A program made the position numbers and the translations under genes. Positions 1 through 11,403 of a stretch of DNA of 64,000 nucleotides are shown here, in pieces (within the stretch, counting starts at the first letter, position 1; each line of letters begins with the position of its first letter). The notes under the pieces were generated by a model. It had not been told where the DNA came from, ran no database searches, and saw only the letters and a program-made list of their open reading frames with translations. The stretch is from Glaucostegus cemiculus. Lineage: Eukaryota. Location of the stretch: assembly GCA_976551045.1 (NCBI GenBank), contig CDPCPM010000054.1, positions 38,068,001 to 38,132,000 on the forward strand, read 5' to 3'.

Positions 1-189
1 GTGAAATTCTATCACAAAAGCCCCAGAATAATCTGATGTGACGATCTCCAGAAGAACCCTCCAATGACAGCTCTAAGCAAACTCTGGCTCACATGTCGAA
101 GTGGATGGGAATGAAAGCCGATAACACTAATTGCGTAGTATTGACTGCAGTCATAAAATGATTGCCCACTATCCATTTTGGCTTGGATA

Positions 190-1295
190 ACACATGTCTT
201 TGGGGGCCGTGCTGAGGGTTTGAAACGATTGTCAGATGGGCGTTGGCAGTTCATTTTGATGAGGGGTGACAATGACATTCAGGAGAGGTTTTGGGTTCAG
301 GTGTCCAAAGGAGCAGCTGAGCACAAAGGGGCTTTGTCTATGGCGAGTCATAAATATTAATGTTTTGGATAAGAATGTTGTTGATATAATTAGTCAGTTT
401 GCAGATGGCGCCAGAATTGCCAGTATATTGGACAGTGTTGTCGAAGTTTACAAAGGGATATTAATCAATTGGGAAAGTGGACAGAGGAATGGCAAATGGA
501 ATTTAACTCAGACGAGTGCAAAGTGCTGCATTTTGGGAAGTTAAACCAAGGCAGGACATACACAGTGAATGGCAGGGCTCTGGGACACATTATTGTATTG
601 CAAGACCTTGGGGGACAAGTGATATTACCCTGCGAGGAGACACAGGTAGACAGGGTGGTTGAAGAAGCCATATGGCATGCTTGCCTTCATTGGATGGGGC
701 ACTGAGTATAAGAATTGAGACTCATGTTACAGTTGTACAAGATATTAGTAAGACCACACTTACTGTGTGCAGTTCTGGTCACTACGCTATGGGAAGGACA
801 TGGTTAAGCTGAGAGGGTGGCAAAAAGATTCGCAAGGATGTTGCCTGGACTGGAGGGCTTGAGTTGTAAGGAGAGATCGGATAGGCTGGGACTGTTTTCC
901 CTGGAGTGAAGGAAACTGAAGGGTGACCCTGAGAGGTTCATAAAATCATGAGGGCATAGATAGAATAGATAATCACAATCTTTTTTCCCAGGTTAGGGGA
1001 GTCTAAGACTAGAAGGTATAGGTTTAAGGTGTGAGGGGAAAGATTTAAAGGGGATCTGAGGGGCAAGTTTTCCACACAGAGGCTGGTAGATATGTGGAAT
1101 AAGCTGCCAGAGGAAGTAGCAGAGGCAGGTAAAATTACAATGGTTAAAAGGTACTTGGACAGGTGCATGGATAGGAAAGGTTTAAAGGGATATGGGCCAA
1201 CCTCAGGCAAGTGGTACTAACTCAGACATCTTGGTCAACATGGATGAGATGGGCCAAAGGGCCTGTTTCTGTGATGTACAACTCTATTACTGTAT
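190..1295 (+). mobile_element. CR1-clade LINE, 5'-truncated and decayed (RT C-terminus + 3' UTR)
   Basis: ORF 469..705 WQMEFNSDECKVLHFG is typical of CR1 ORF2; ends in the CR1 tail gggccaaagggcctgtttctgtgatgtacaactct. Confidence 0.9.
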
Positions 1296-2834
1296 GTGGG
1301 GTGAGGGCTTGAATTGGAACATGGTTAAGGGTTGGCAGTGGGGATCAGCTGTTGCCTGGGCGTGGGGATCAAGTGAAGACTTTATTCGGGACACAGCTTA
1401 GAGCTGGTTCAGGTGGTAATGTTCAGCAATAGGCTGATTATGGTCTTAAATAAGATTGTGGTTGGAAGACTAATGATAGGGTAACAATACCCATTGGTAA
1501 AAAGTTGAGAATATCTGTAAAATATTTTCTGCTGGCACTGATATTTCATTGCATATTACTGTACCACAGGAATAACAAAAGCCTTTCTCTACACTCAGGA
1601 AATACTTACAAGGAATTAAAGAAAAGTGATGTCAGAAAAATGATAATGTTGCCTTAATTGGCTGTCTTCTACCACTTGTGCAAAAAAAGACTTGAACCTG
1701 ACAAGTGTTAATAAATAAAAGTAGATTTTGACCTATGGGCAGTATGTTCCTTCAACTTTTTAATATAAAATATAAATTCTTTTGAAAAAAAATTGTGTAC
1801 TGAAATGTAGCCAAAAAGATTATTTGAGTAAATTCTATATATAATCTTGCAAATGACATTAACAATTCAAACAAGTGAACCAATTCAAAAGAGTTCAAGA
1901 GGACAGAATTATATATCATCATTCTGTATGCATTGGTGACATTAATTCTAAGGCAGTACTTCAATTTACTTCTGAAGTATTGAATTTGCAATAATACTTA
2001 ATGGCCATTACTCTATTTAAGCTCTTATATGGTCTTTCTACCTCTCTAATTTTCTGCTGGTTCTCACCCGCTGCTCTACTAGTTCTTGCTATTCCACCTC
2101 ACACCCTCGCTTGCTTTGTGCTTCACGTTAAGGGGACGTCTGCCACCAGCCACGGCCACTTGTCAATGTTCTTCTCAAGCTCTCTTGTCATGCTTTACCT
2201 CTGTTTCACGTTCAAGAGCATTCCTCAAGCTTTCTTTCCCTGAACACCCTCTAGGGTCCGGCTTGGCACTCCATTCCTGGCACAGTCTTATGCTGTGCCT
2301 TTGGATCTTTACAATTGCAAGATGAGGAATTTCTCTTCTGTTCTTGAAAATTGGGGATTCTGAGCAAAACTTCCTTTTATATATCAAATCCTAATTTGGT
2401 TTGAGTACCTTGGAGGTTTGCATTCTTATCACTCACAGATAATTCAATATGATAAATATGAAAGCTAAAAATGAAAATAAAATCACTTCAATTAATGTAG
2501 AACCTTGGCACCTTTTATATGCCTCTAATATAGAACATTTGGCATTGTAAAAGATCTCAGGGCACTGTGGTGTTGGGAATGTGTTGTCAATCAATATTGA
2601 CAAATATGGTGGTTGGGGAAAGTAATTTTGAGTAATATTTTTGAAAGTGGGCAGAGAAAAGAATGGACAGGCAGCTTGAGAAGACATTGGCATGTGTATG
2701 TACCTTGATTGATTTTTTGTATCAGAGGAACAATTACACAAAAGAAAAACATGGCTTTAAATTACCCTATACATCTATCAATCAACCAGTTAAAAGACCT
2801 TGCAACAGCATTACCACCCTTATACCAAAGCAAG

Positions 2835-3065
2835 ATGCCTCAAGGCATCCCAAAGGAGCATCATCTATGAAAACTGTCATCAAACAACTTGAGATATTGG
2901 GACAGATGACAAAATTTTCATCAAAGTAGAAAGGTTTTAAGGAGAAAATACCGCTTGCAAGATGGAGAAGGTGATGCAGGAAATTCCAGAGATGAAGGTC
3001 TGAACCACTGAAGACGCCTTTCATAGGGCAATTCAATCCATTAAAGACCAAGAAGGCTAAGGTAG
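2835..3065 (-). mobile_element. L2-like LINE 3' remnant
   Basis: Resembles the decayed L2-type segments at 20450-20900 and 56925-57560 (catcccaaag, aggttttaagg, gaaattccaga). Confidence 0.45.
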
Positions 3066-4119
3066 CTCTATTCTTGCCCATTACAACAGTGATAACAATT
3101 CAGAGTTTGCCTCATTAGTTGTAACAGATCTTTGTCATATCATGAAAGGCCTGTAAAAGGCAACACATAATTTCATGTCAATAATAGAAGTGGTCATGTT
3201 GAATAAGCTGTAAGGCACAAGACTGTACAACTCAGAGCATATCAGGAACAAATTAATTGTTATTATATAAAGAATAGTTTCTGCAATGAATTTTGCAAGG
3301 AATTTTGTTACTCAAAGCATGCATACTGATGTTTTCCACAATTAATATTTTAATCACATCTCATTATCGCAGCTCTGGAAATCAAGTCTTTCTGACATGT
3401 AAGCTCCTGTTCTGTTGCTTCTGTCAAGATACATCAAACATCGTGACCGGATGACATCTTCCATAACTGTAAAGTGCAGAGCTACAGTTTCACATGTGTT
3501 AATGAGATTCGAAAAAGTATTTTAATGCATCATTTCCAATCAAGCTTTAAAGGCAAATCTGACTGAAAATTAACATTATCCTCAGTGTTGTCCTCTTCAA
3601 TTGTCAGCAGGCAATGAGAACAAATTAATTTTGTATCGTATCGACTGAAGATTATTTTTCCTTCACTCTTTCCTGAAGCCCGTGACAAGGACACCAAACA
3701 GATTATTTTCCAGCATTTTTTTTGCAAGAGCTACCTCAGCAGACAATCCTGTCTCCGATATTTCAGAATTCTGAGCTCCTCCCCCACACTGTCCCAACAA
3801 CCCCTTCCTCAGCTCAAATATTTATCAGTTTTTTCAATGTGCTACAGTGGCAAAATTTTGAATAGATTTGCTCTTTTAATGCTGAATAGTGGAGAACTGG
3901 GGATTGTCCATCTCAATCTCTGAGGAAATAGATTATGGCATACATTCTCATCAGGCAAAGCTTACACATCTTCAGTTTTGTGCAAAAAGTACACCTGTCA
4001 TAATTCTTACAACCAGGAACTAATTCACATTAATTTACAGTTTGCCTTCCCTGACAACATTAACATTCTCTGGTTTATTTAGAAGTATTCACATTGCTTT
4101 ATTTTCAGCTCTACTTGCC

Positions 4120-4412
4120 TGTCAGCGTGGCTCAGTTGATCAGAAGATTCAAGTGCCACTCCTGACTCTAACACCAAATATATAGCCTGACACTCCAATG
4201 CAGTACCAGGAGGTGTTACAGGGACTGATGCACTACCAGAGGCGGCATCTCTCAGAGGAGATGACAAATCAAGATGCTGTACTTTTAGAAAGGTTACGCA
4301 GTTGAATCTATTTTGACAATATGCAGGAACATCTTGTCCAGTGCCCAAGCTGATATTTCAAGGACAAATTAGCTGGTCATCATGACATTGCTTTTGCTGG
4401 ACCGTGCTGTGT
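4120..4412 (+). mobile_element. DeuSINE-like (SacSINE1/AmnSINE-type) SINE remnant
   Basis: ctgacactccaatgcagtacc...gcactaccagaggcggcatctctcagaggagatg...ctggtcatcatgacattgcttttgctgg matches the Deu-domain consensus as I remember it. Confidence 0.6.
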
Positions 4413-4414
4413 TT

Positions 4415-5692
4415 AGTCATAGAGTAATACAGCACGGAAATAGGCCCTTCAGCCCAACTCATCCATGCCAACCATGGTGCCCACCAAACTAGACCCAATT
4501 GACTTCATTTGGCCCTCTAAATTCCTCCTATCAATGCATTTATCCAAATGTCTTTTGAATGTTGTTACTATGCTTGCCTCAATCACTTTCTCTGGCAGCT
4601 GATTCCATACACACGCCATCCTCTGCATGAAGAAGTTGCCCCTCAAGTCTCTTTTATATCTTTCACCGCTCACCTTAAGCTCATGCCCTCTAGTAAACAT
4701 GCCCTCTAGTCTTAAGTTCCCCTTCCCTGGGAAAAAGACCATCTGCATTCACCCTTTCTATGCCCCTCATGATTTTATACACCTCTATAAGGTCACCCCT
4801 CAATCTCCTACACCCCAAAGAATTAAGTCCTAGCCTGCCCAACCTCTCCCTATATCTCAGGCTCTCAAGTCCTGGCAGTATCCTCATAAATTTTCTCTGC
4901 ACTCTTTCCAGTTTAATGATATCTTTCCTATAACAGGGTGACCAAAACTGTACATAATACTCAAAGTGTAGTGTCTTCAATGTTTATGCAACTATAAGAT
5001 AACATCCCAACTCCTATACTCAGTGAACTGACTGATGAAGGCCAGTGTGCCAAATGCCTTCTTCACTACTTTGTCTAACTGTGATGCTGCTTTCAGCAAA
5101 TGATGTACCTGTACTCCTGGTCCCTTTGTTCTACAAGACTCCCAAGGGCTCGACCATTCACTGCTTAAGTCCTAACCTAGTTTGACGTTCCCAAATACAA
5201 CACTTCACATGTATCTTGCAAGTGCCAGTTTATAACAAGATACAGCTATTACTTAGGCTGGGAAGAGATGATTTCTCAGGTGAAATGCTATGGTGTGGAA
5301 TATAGAGTATTCATTTTCAATCGAGTTGAAAACCATTTGCCAATCCTTGGCCTAATTACTTGACTGATCAAGACCCCCTGTAATTTTTGATAACCTTTTG
5401 CACCGTCTATGATGCCACCTATTTTAGTATCATCAACAAACTTACTAACCATGCCTTGTGCATGTATGTCCAAATCATTTCTATAAATAATGAACAACGA
5501 AGGTTCTAGCACCAATCCCTGTGGCACACCTTTAGTCACAGCCTCCAGTCCGAGAAACAACCTTCGACCATCACATTCTGCTTCCTACCACAGTGCCAAT
5601 TATGAATCCAGTTAGCTATCTCCCCGTGGATCCCTTGCAATCTCCCAGACTAGCCTGCTGTGCTTTGTCAAAGGTGTTGCTAAGCTCCGTTG
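4415..5692 (-). mobile_element. CR1-clade LINE, 5'-truncated, with a 117-bp foreign insertion
   Basis: ORFs 5288..5560 (GVPQGLVL, SKFVDDTKIGG), 4690..4980 (EYYVQFWSP, LERVQRK) and 4449..4748; CR1 tail at 4415-4480. Confidence 0.93.
5211..5327 (+). repeat. 117-bp direct duplicate of 6720-6836 inserted in CR1
   Basis: gtatcttgcaagtgccagttt...cattttcaatcgagtt matches 6720-6836 except for two substitutions. Confidence 0.97.
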
Positions 5693-6597
5693 TCCAAAAG
5701 TCCAGATTCTCCCATCACACGAGTGACTACAAATGTACATTATGATTTGAAAACTGCTTTAGAAACATGGGTCTTTTTGTTTTGCTGATGTGTTCAATTC
5801 AAATGTGGGAGAAACTGTGCACATTGGACCTGTCCACTAAATTGGGATCCATTACAGAAGGACTGCTGGAGATTGATTGCTACAATTAGTTCAATTGTTT
5901 AATTAGTTGACCATTGTTATGCTTGAGATGCCAAATGGCCCAATCCTGTTCCTATAATCCCAGGTTCTAAATATGAGCAAAGGAAACTAAAGATGGTCAG
6001 GTGGCAACAGTTCCAAACTATCTAGGTTCATGCAGACCCTGGAGATTTTAACTCTCAGCAGTACCTGCATCCATAGTGTCCACCTCCCACCTCAAAATAT
6101 CCAGATGAATTAATGAACGAGTTTACATTTATAAAGCAATTTACATGATAACATCCCAGATTACTTTACACCCAACATCTCTGAAGCAATGCCACAGTCT
6201 AATGAAGAAACTGCAAACTCCCATAAACAGCAAGATGACAACCTCTCTGTGGCAATGGTTTTACCTGTGGAATCAAGGGTATTGTCATTGAAGATGAATC
6301 TGCTCATTCAAAGCAGAAGCCTGCAAAAGACCCCAGGCTAAATGGCTCTGGAGGAGATAAATTCCTGCCCTGACTTTAGCTGCTGGGCAGGCAAGGTTAA
6401 GATTTATGTGATTACCCAGCTAGAAGGTGGTTATAACAGTTCAGTCTGGGTAGGATTAATAAAGGATGGCAGGTCAGTAAGAAACAAGAGTCTCCTTGTT
6501 GAATAATTGACTCCTGTCATGGTTAATATGTGCAACTGAGTAGTCCCTTTTGCTTCTATATTCAAGAAGCATAGCTTAAAAACAGTATGTTCATTAC

Positions 6598-6651
6598 CTG
6601 TCCTCTTCTAAAGATGTTGCTGGTTTCTCTTAGAATTCCAGCAGATTTGTG
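6598..6651 (-). other. Candidate 54-nt symmetric exon (HKSAGILRETSNIFRRGQ), host gene unrecognised
   Basis: Minus strand reads ctttttcatattttgacAG|cac...cag|GTaatga; only one frame is open; no homology recognised. Confidence 0.25.
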
Positions 6652-6914
6652 CTGTCAAAATATGAAAAAGCTTTTATTAGGATGATCATTTTATAGAACG
6701 TACATCAAAAATACAGGTTGTATCTTGCAAGTGCCAGTTTATAACAAGATACAGCTATTACTTAGGCTGGGAAGAAATGATTTCTCAGGTGAAATGCTAT
6801 GGTGTGGAATATAGAGTATTCATTTTCAATTGAGTTTCTTCTGAAATGCTTCAAAAATGCCTCAGTTTAATGTCTTCTCAAGGGCAAGTAAGCAGGGGCA
6901 TTTAATACCTTGGC

Positions 6915-7140
6915 TGAGATATTAAACTGAAGTCTTGCCTACATACTCAGCTGAAATTAATGGCCCACTTGATAGCAGCTCAAAAGATGAATCAATGGTT
7001 GTTCCAATGCCCTGGGTAATATCTACCTCAAAAATAACACACTTAGAAACAAAAATCATTATCTAGTCATTATTCCTTTCCTATTGAGGAGAACTTGCTC
7101 TGCACAAATTATTACCATTTTTCCTACATTGCAATTACCA
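6915..7140 (+). mobile_element. DeuSINE-like remnant
   Basis: gagatattaaactgaagtc...attatctagtcatt...gaacttgctctgcacaaatt...ttcctacattgcaa. Confidence 0.55.
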
Positions 7141-7166
7141 TATATTGGAAACGCCATGGGAAAGGA

Positions 7167-7304
7167 AGCATATGTGGAGGAAAATGGACAGTCAATGTTT
7201 CAGGTCAAGACCCTTCATCAGTCCAGATGAAGAGTCTCGATCCGAAACATTGACTGTCAATTTCCCTCCACAGATGCTGCTTGACCTATTGAGTTGCTCC
7301 AGCA
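7167..7304. mobile_element. Penelope-like terminal remnant, inverted palindrome
   Basis: 7167-7221 is the reverse complement of ~7224-7278; followed by gatgctgcttgacctattgagttgctccagc. Confidence 0.8.
7190..7222 (-). ncRNA. Minimal hammerhead ribozyme-like motif
   Basis: Minus strand reads CTGATGA-agggtcttgacct-GAAAC-attgac: conserved boxes flanking a short helix II. Confidence 0.5.
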
Positions 7305-7525
7305 TCTCACTGCCCTCTGAAGAAGAAATGTCTTCACACCTCAGTTTTAAATGACCATCACTTTACCTCGTCGCTACTGTATGTCCCTTTGTTCGAGACT
7401 CTCCCACTCGTGAAAATATTGCAACATCTACCCTGTCAACCCTCTTAAGATCTTATATTTTGAATAAGGTCACCCCTCGTTTTTCTAATCTCCAAGGAAT
7501 ACATACTCAAACTGTATAGCCTGAA
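7305..7525 (-). mobile_element. CR1 3' fragment
   Basis: cacacctcagttttaaatgacc is shared with 9461-9485; aggtcacccctc motif. Confidence 0.7.
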
Positions 7526-9117
7526 TGTGTCAGTTGGCTGCTGTCTGGTCAGTTCTGTGTCATCACACAAGTGACCAACAATAATATTACAGAACCTAGA
7601 GAATTTACAGTGAACATCCAAACAAAGACAGGCCGTGAGATGAAGGAGGTGTCAAAGGAGCTGAGGTTTAACTATCTGTTTGCTTCTCTGAGCCTCTGTG
7701 ACCTGGCAGTTGATAAGATTTACAAGTCAGTTCATGAGTAACAATCACAGTTCTGCCAAGTCTGGATTTGTGAAAAAACAGACACTTAAACAGAAGGACA
7801 TTTCCTTAATGACAATGGACATGCTAAAGATTATTATGCACAGAATGACATGCAGAGTCCCCAATGTATCTTGTGATATGAAATGTAAGTTAATTGCAAA
7901 TTTATTGAAATTGTACTGAGATAAATGTAAGGCCGACACAAACAAGATAACATAGTTTGATCTCAGTTTCTGCGTGTTTTGAGGAGGTGGGATGAGCAAG
8001 ATTTGCAGCCTGTGGTTAAGGGGCAATTGGAAACTGCAGCAATGTCATACAAAGAACAGATCCTCGACAATGAATACACTGCAAACTGGAAGGGGCGATC
8101 CCTTCAGTCAACAGAAGACAATTAAGACAGGCACTGTAATGAGGAAGGGTGTTCTGGTTAATCAGCAGGAGATGAGAGTCATTGGGTCATTGGCCAGTTG
8201 ACAACCGGGACAACCATCATTACATGGGATTAGGCACATAATTTGAAGAGAAAGGGTATCAGAGGCTGCAATGTTAGCCATCACATTAAGTTATTGTAAT
8301 CCGTCAACTCAAGTAAAGGTCTGCCATCAAAGGATAATAAATTCTGGTCTGCTGTCATTTGTTAAATTCCTCCATCAGATTCTTGTACAGCCAGCAATGG
8401 ATTAACCCCTGCTTCTTGGTTGAGAAATATGTCTCACACCAAGTTGTAAACCACTGAGGCCCCGATACAACTTGATGCAACCAAACCTGCAGCAAGAATG
8501 CATTTAATCAAACCTACAATGTAGCTGTTAATTAGCTGCACTATAAAGGCACACATGGTGTGTGGATGCCTGCCAACTGCATTCAATGCCAGGCTCCATG
8601 ACTGCACCTGGTCACACTTGGAAAACTCTTATTGATTTAGAAAACATGTAAATGCTAAATAAATGAATAAATTAACGATTGATAATGTGTTGTTGGGCAA
8701 GCTGGCATCCCAGCTGTTGAAAGTTTGAGTCTTTCTGGATAAGATGAATTAGATGGCATATCTACAACATTTGTTGAAGCTAATGGAACTTTAAACTACA
8801 TTTTGAACACTGTTCCCATACATGTGCACAACTTTGCTATTCAGGCAGGACATGTGCTACTTAGCCACATGTTGTCTCTTTTAGCGTCATGTCATAATCT
8901 CTGCATTTGTGTAAAATTCCATTTACATGAAACAAATTCACAAGCATTTTAGTTGCAGACCAATTTATTTGAGAACTTGAAAACTGGAATTAAAACTGCT
9001 TTCTCCTAATAAACTGGGAAATCTTCATCTGTTACTAGTAGCAACAATACTCATTAGCAATACTCATGATTGTGAAGGATTGTGAGCTTGTTTCAACCTT
9101 TTTGACAGTGCTGGTTT

Positions 9118-10010
9118 CAGAGTCCTAGAGTCATAACGTCACAAAGCCCCAAAACAGGTCTGTTGGCTCACATTAGAGCACAAGAAAACAGGAACAAGAG
9201 TCGGCCCCTTGGCTTCTCAAGCCTACCCCACCATTCATTAAGATCATGGCTGAACAATACCGACCTCAACTTCCCTTGTGCCAGTTCCCCACCACACTTA
9301 ATTCCTCGATCTGGCAAGTACCTATCTATCTCCACCTTAAATATATCTAATGATCTATCTAAATATAATATAATGATATATCTAAATATATCTAATGATC
9401 CACCACCCGCGGGGCAGAGAATTCCAGAGATTCACCATCCCCTGAGAGAAGACATTTCTACACACCTCAGTTTTAAATGACCACCCTCTTATTTTGTACC
9501 TATATCTATGCTGACTGTTAAGCACCCACCAGTATCAATCCCATTTATTAGCACGTCCATATCCTTCCATGTCTTGGCAATTCAACTGGAACATAGAACA
9601 GTACAGCACAGGAACGGGCCCTTCGGCCCACAATGCTGTGCCAAACTAATTAAACACCTAACTAAACCAATCCCTTCTGCCAACACAATATCCATATTCC
9701 TCCATTTTCCACACATTCATGTGCCTATCTGAGAACCTTTCAAACGCCTTTATCGTATTTGCCTCCACTACCACTTCTGACAGCGCATTCCAGGCACCCA
9801 CCACTCTCTGTGTAAAAACCTTGCCCTGTAAATCTAATTGTTCAACTAGATATGTCTTAAACATTGTGAGAGTACCTGACCCTTCAAGGCAGTGCATCCT
9901 AGATCCCAAATAAAAATTCTTCCTTCGATCCTTTCTAAACTTCACCCTCTAGTTTCAGACATCTGTGCTGTGGGGAAAAGATTCCTTGTATCTACCTTAT
10001 CTAATGTTAT
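9118..10010 (-). mobile_element. Cluster of CR1 3'-end fragments
   Basis: ORF 9658..9945 FTQRVVGAWNALSEVVVEANTI; tails gaacatagaacagtacagcacagg and ggaacaagagtcggcc. Confidence 0.85.
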
Positions 10011-10857
10011 TGTAGAGAATCAAACCAGTGTTAATTTAGATATGCCTCACTTTAGACTAACAGTCTTCAAACTCACTGCTGCTGAAGAAATGATGATAAT
10101 TTGCTCCTTGCAGTCTTCTGGGCATTGAAGCTAGTGTGTGTTTTGTACCTGTTCTGTGACAGTGATATTCATATCAGACCTCAGGACACATTTTACTTTA
10201 CTTGTAATCTTTAAAACATTCGATTAGGACTTAAAAACAAACAGATGCTCTGTTTAGGATCGTTCACACAGTTAGGGCAGCAGGGACACAAGACTCCAAA
10301 CTGAGTCAGTGATTGCATGAATCCTTGTGGAGATAATGATGGTCCTCAAGAAACTGGTGAAACAGGACTGCTGTGAAGGCATTATTTAAGGTTTTGTATT
10401 TGCACACTGCTTGTTAGAAGCTGATTTATTCTTCCTTTTATTGTGTATTGCAAGGCATCATTCACAGGATGCTGGATTGATGCAGGCTTCCAATGACTGA
10501 ATACAAAGGTGCTTTTGCAAAGTACCTGATTCCAATAGTATTCACTTCAGGGAAGACAATGCAATGTAAACACAGGATACAGTTTCTCTTAATAATATAC
10601 ACATTCAGAGCTCAACACTGAAACCGAATGGAAGTAATCATAAAATGAGTGATTCTTTCTGCATTTGCCTTTGATGATCATTAATATTTACATATGCACT
10701 GGGTGAATGAGACCAATATCTGCATCTTTCTCTGATATGGTAGAATATCACCAAGTGACATTATTTTTCAGTTTCTTTTGTCCCTCTGTTGCTAATCTCT
10801 GAGGAAGATTTTCCTCAGATGAATGGACACAAAGCATTTAATTAGCTCCATCCATAA

Positions 10858-11403
10858 ATCTTGGAGTATTGTGCATAGTTTTGGTCATCCTGTTAAAGGA
10901 AAGATGTCATTAAGCTGTAAAGAGTGGAAGATGTAGGAGAATGTTGCCAGGACTTGAGGGCCTGAGTTATAGGCTGAGGTTGGGCAGACTGAGATTTTAT
11001 TCCTTAGAGTGTAAGAGACTGAGGGGTGACCTTATAGAGCTGTATAAAATCATGTATAAAATAGATGGGCCGAAGGCACACAGTTTTTTTCTCAGGAAAA
11101 GGGAAGCAAAGATTAGAGGGCATAGGGTTGTGAAAGGGAAAAGATTTAAATGAGACCTGAGGGGCAACATCTTCACACAGAAGGCAGTGCGCATATGCTA
11201 TGAGCTGCCAGAGAAAGTGGTTGAGGCAGATACAATAATAACATTTAAAAGGTTTTTGGATAAGTACATGGATTGGAAAGATTTAGAGGGAAATGGGCCA
11301 AACACGGGCAAATGGGACTAGTTAAGGTGGGCACCTTGGTCACCATGAATGGCCAAGCCATACATCCAGTCTGTTTCTGTGCTGTATAATTATTTGACCC
11401 CAT
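10858..11403 (+). mobile_element. CR1 3' fragment
   Basis: ORF 10941..11153 MLPGLEGLSY...RLRGDLIELYKIM; CR1 tail. Confidence 0.9.
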
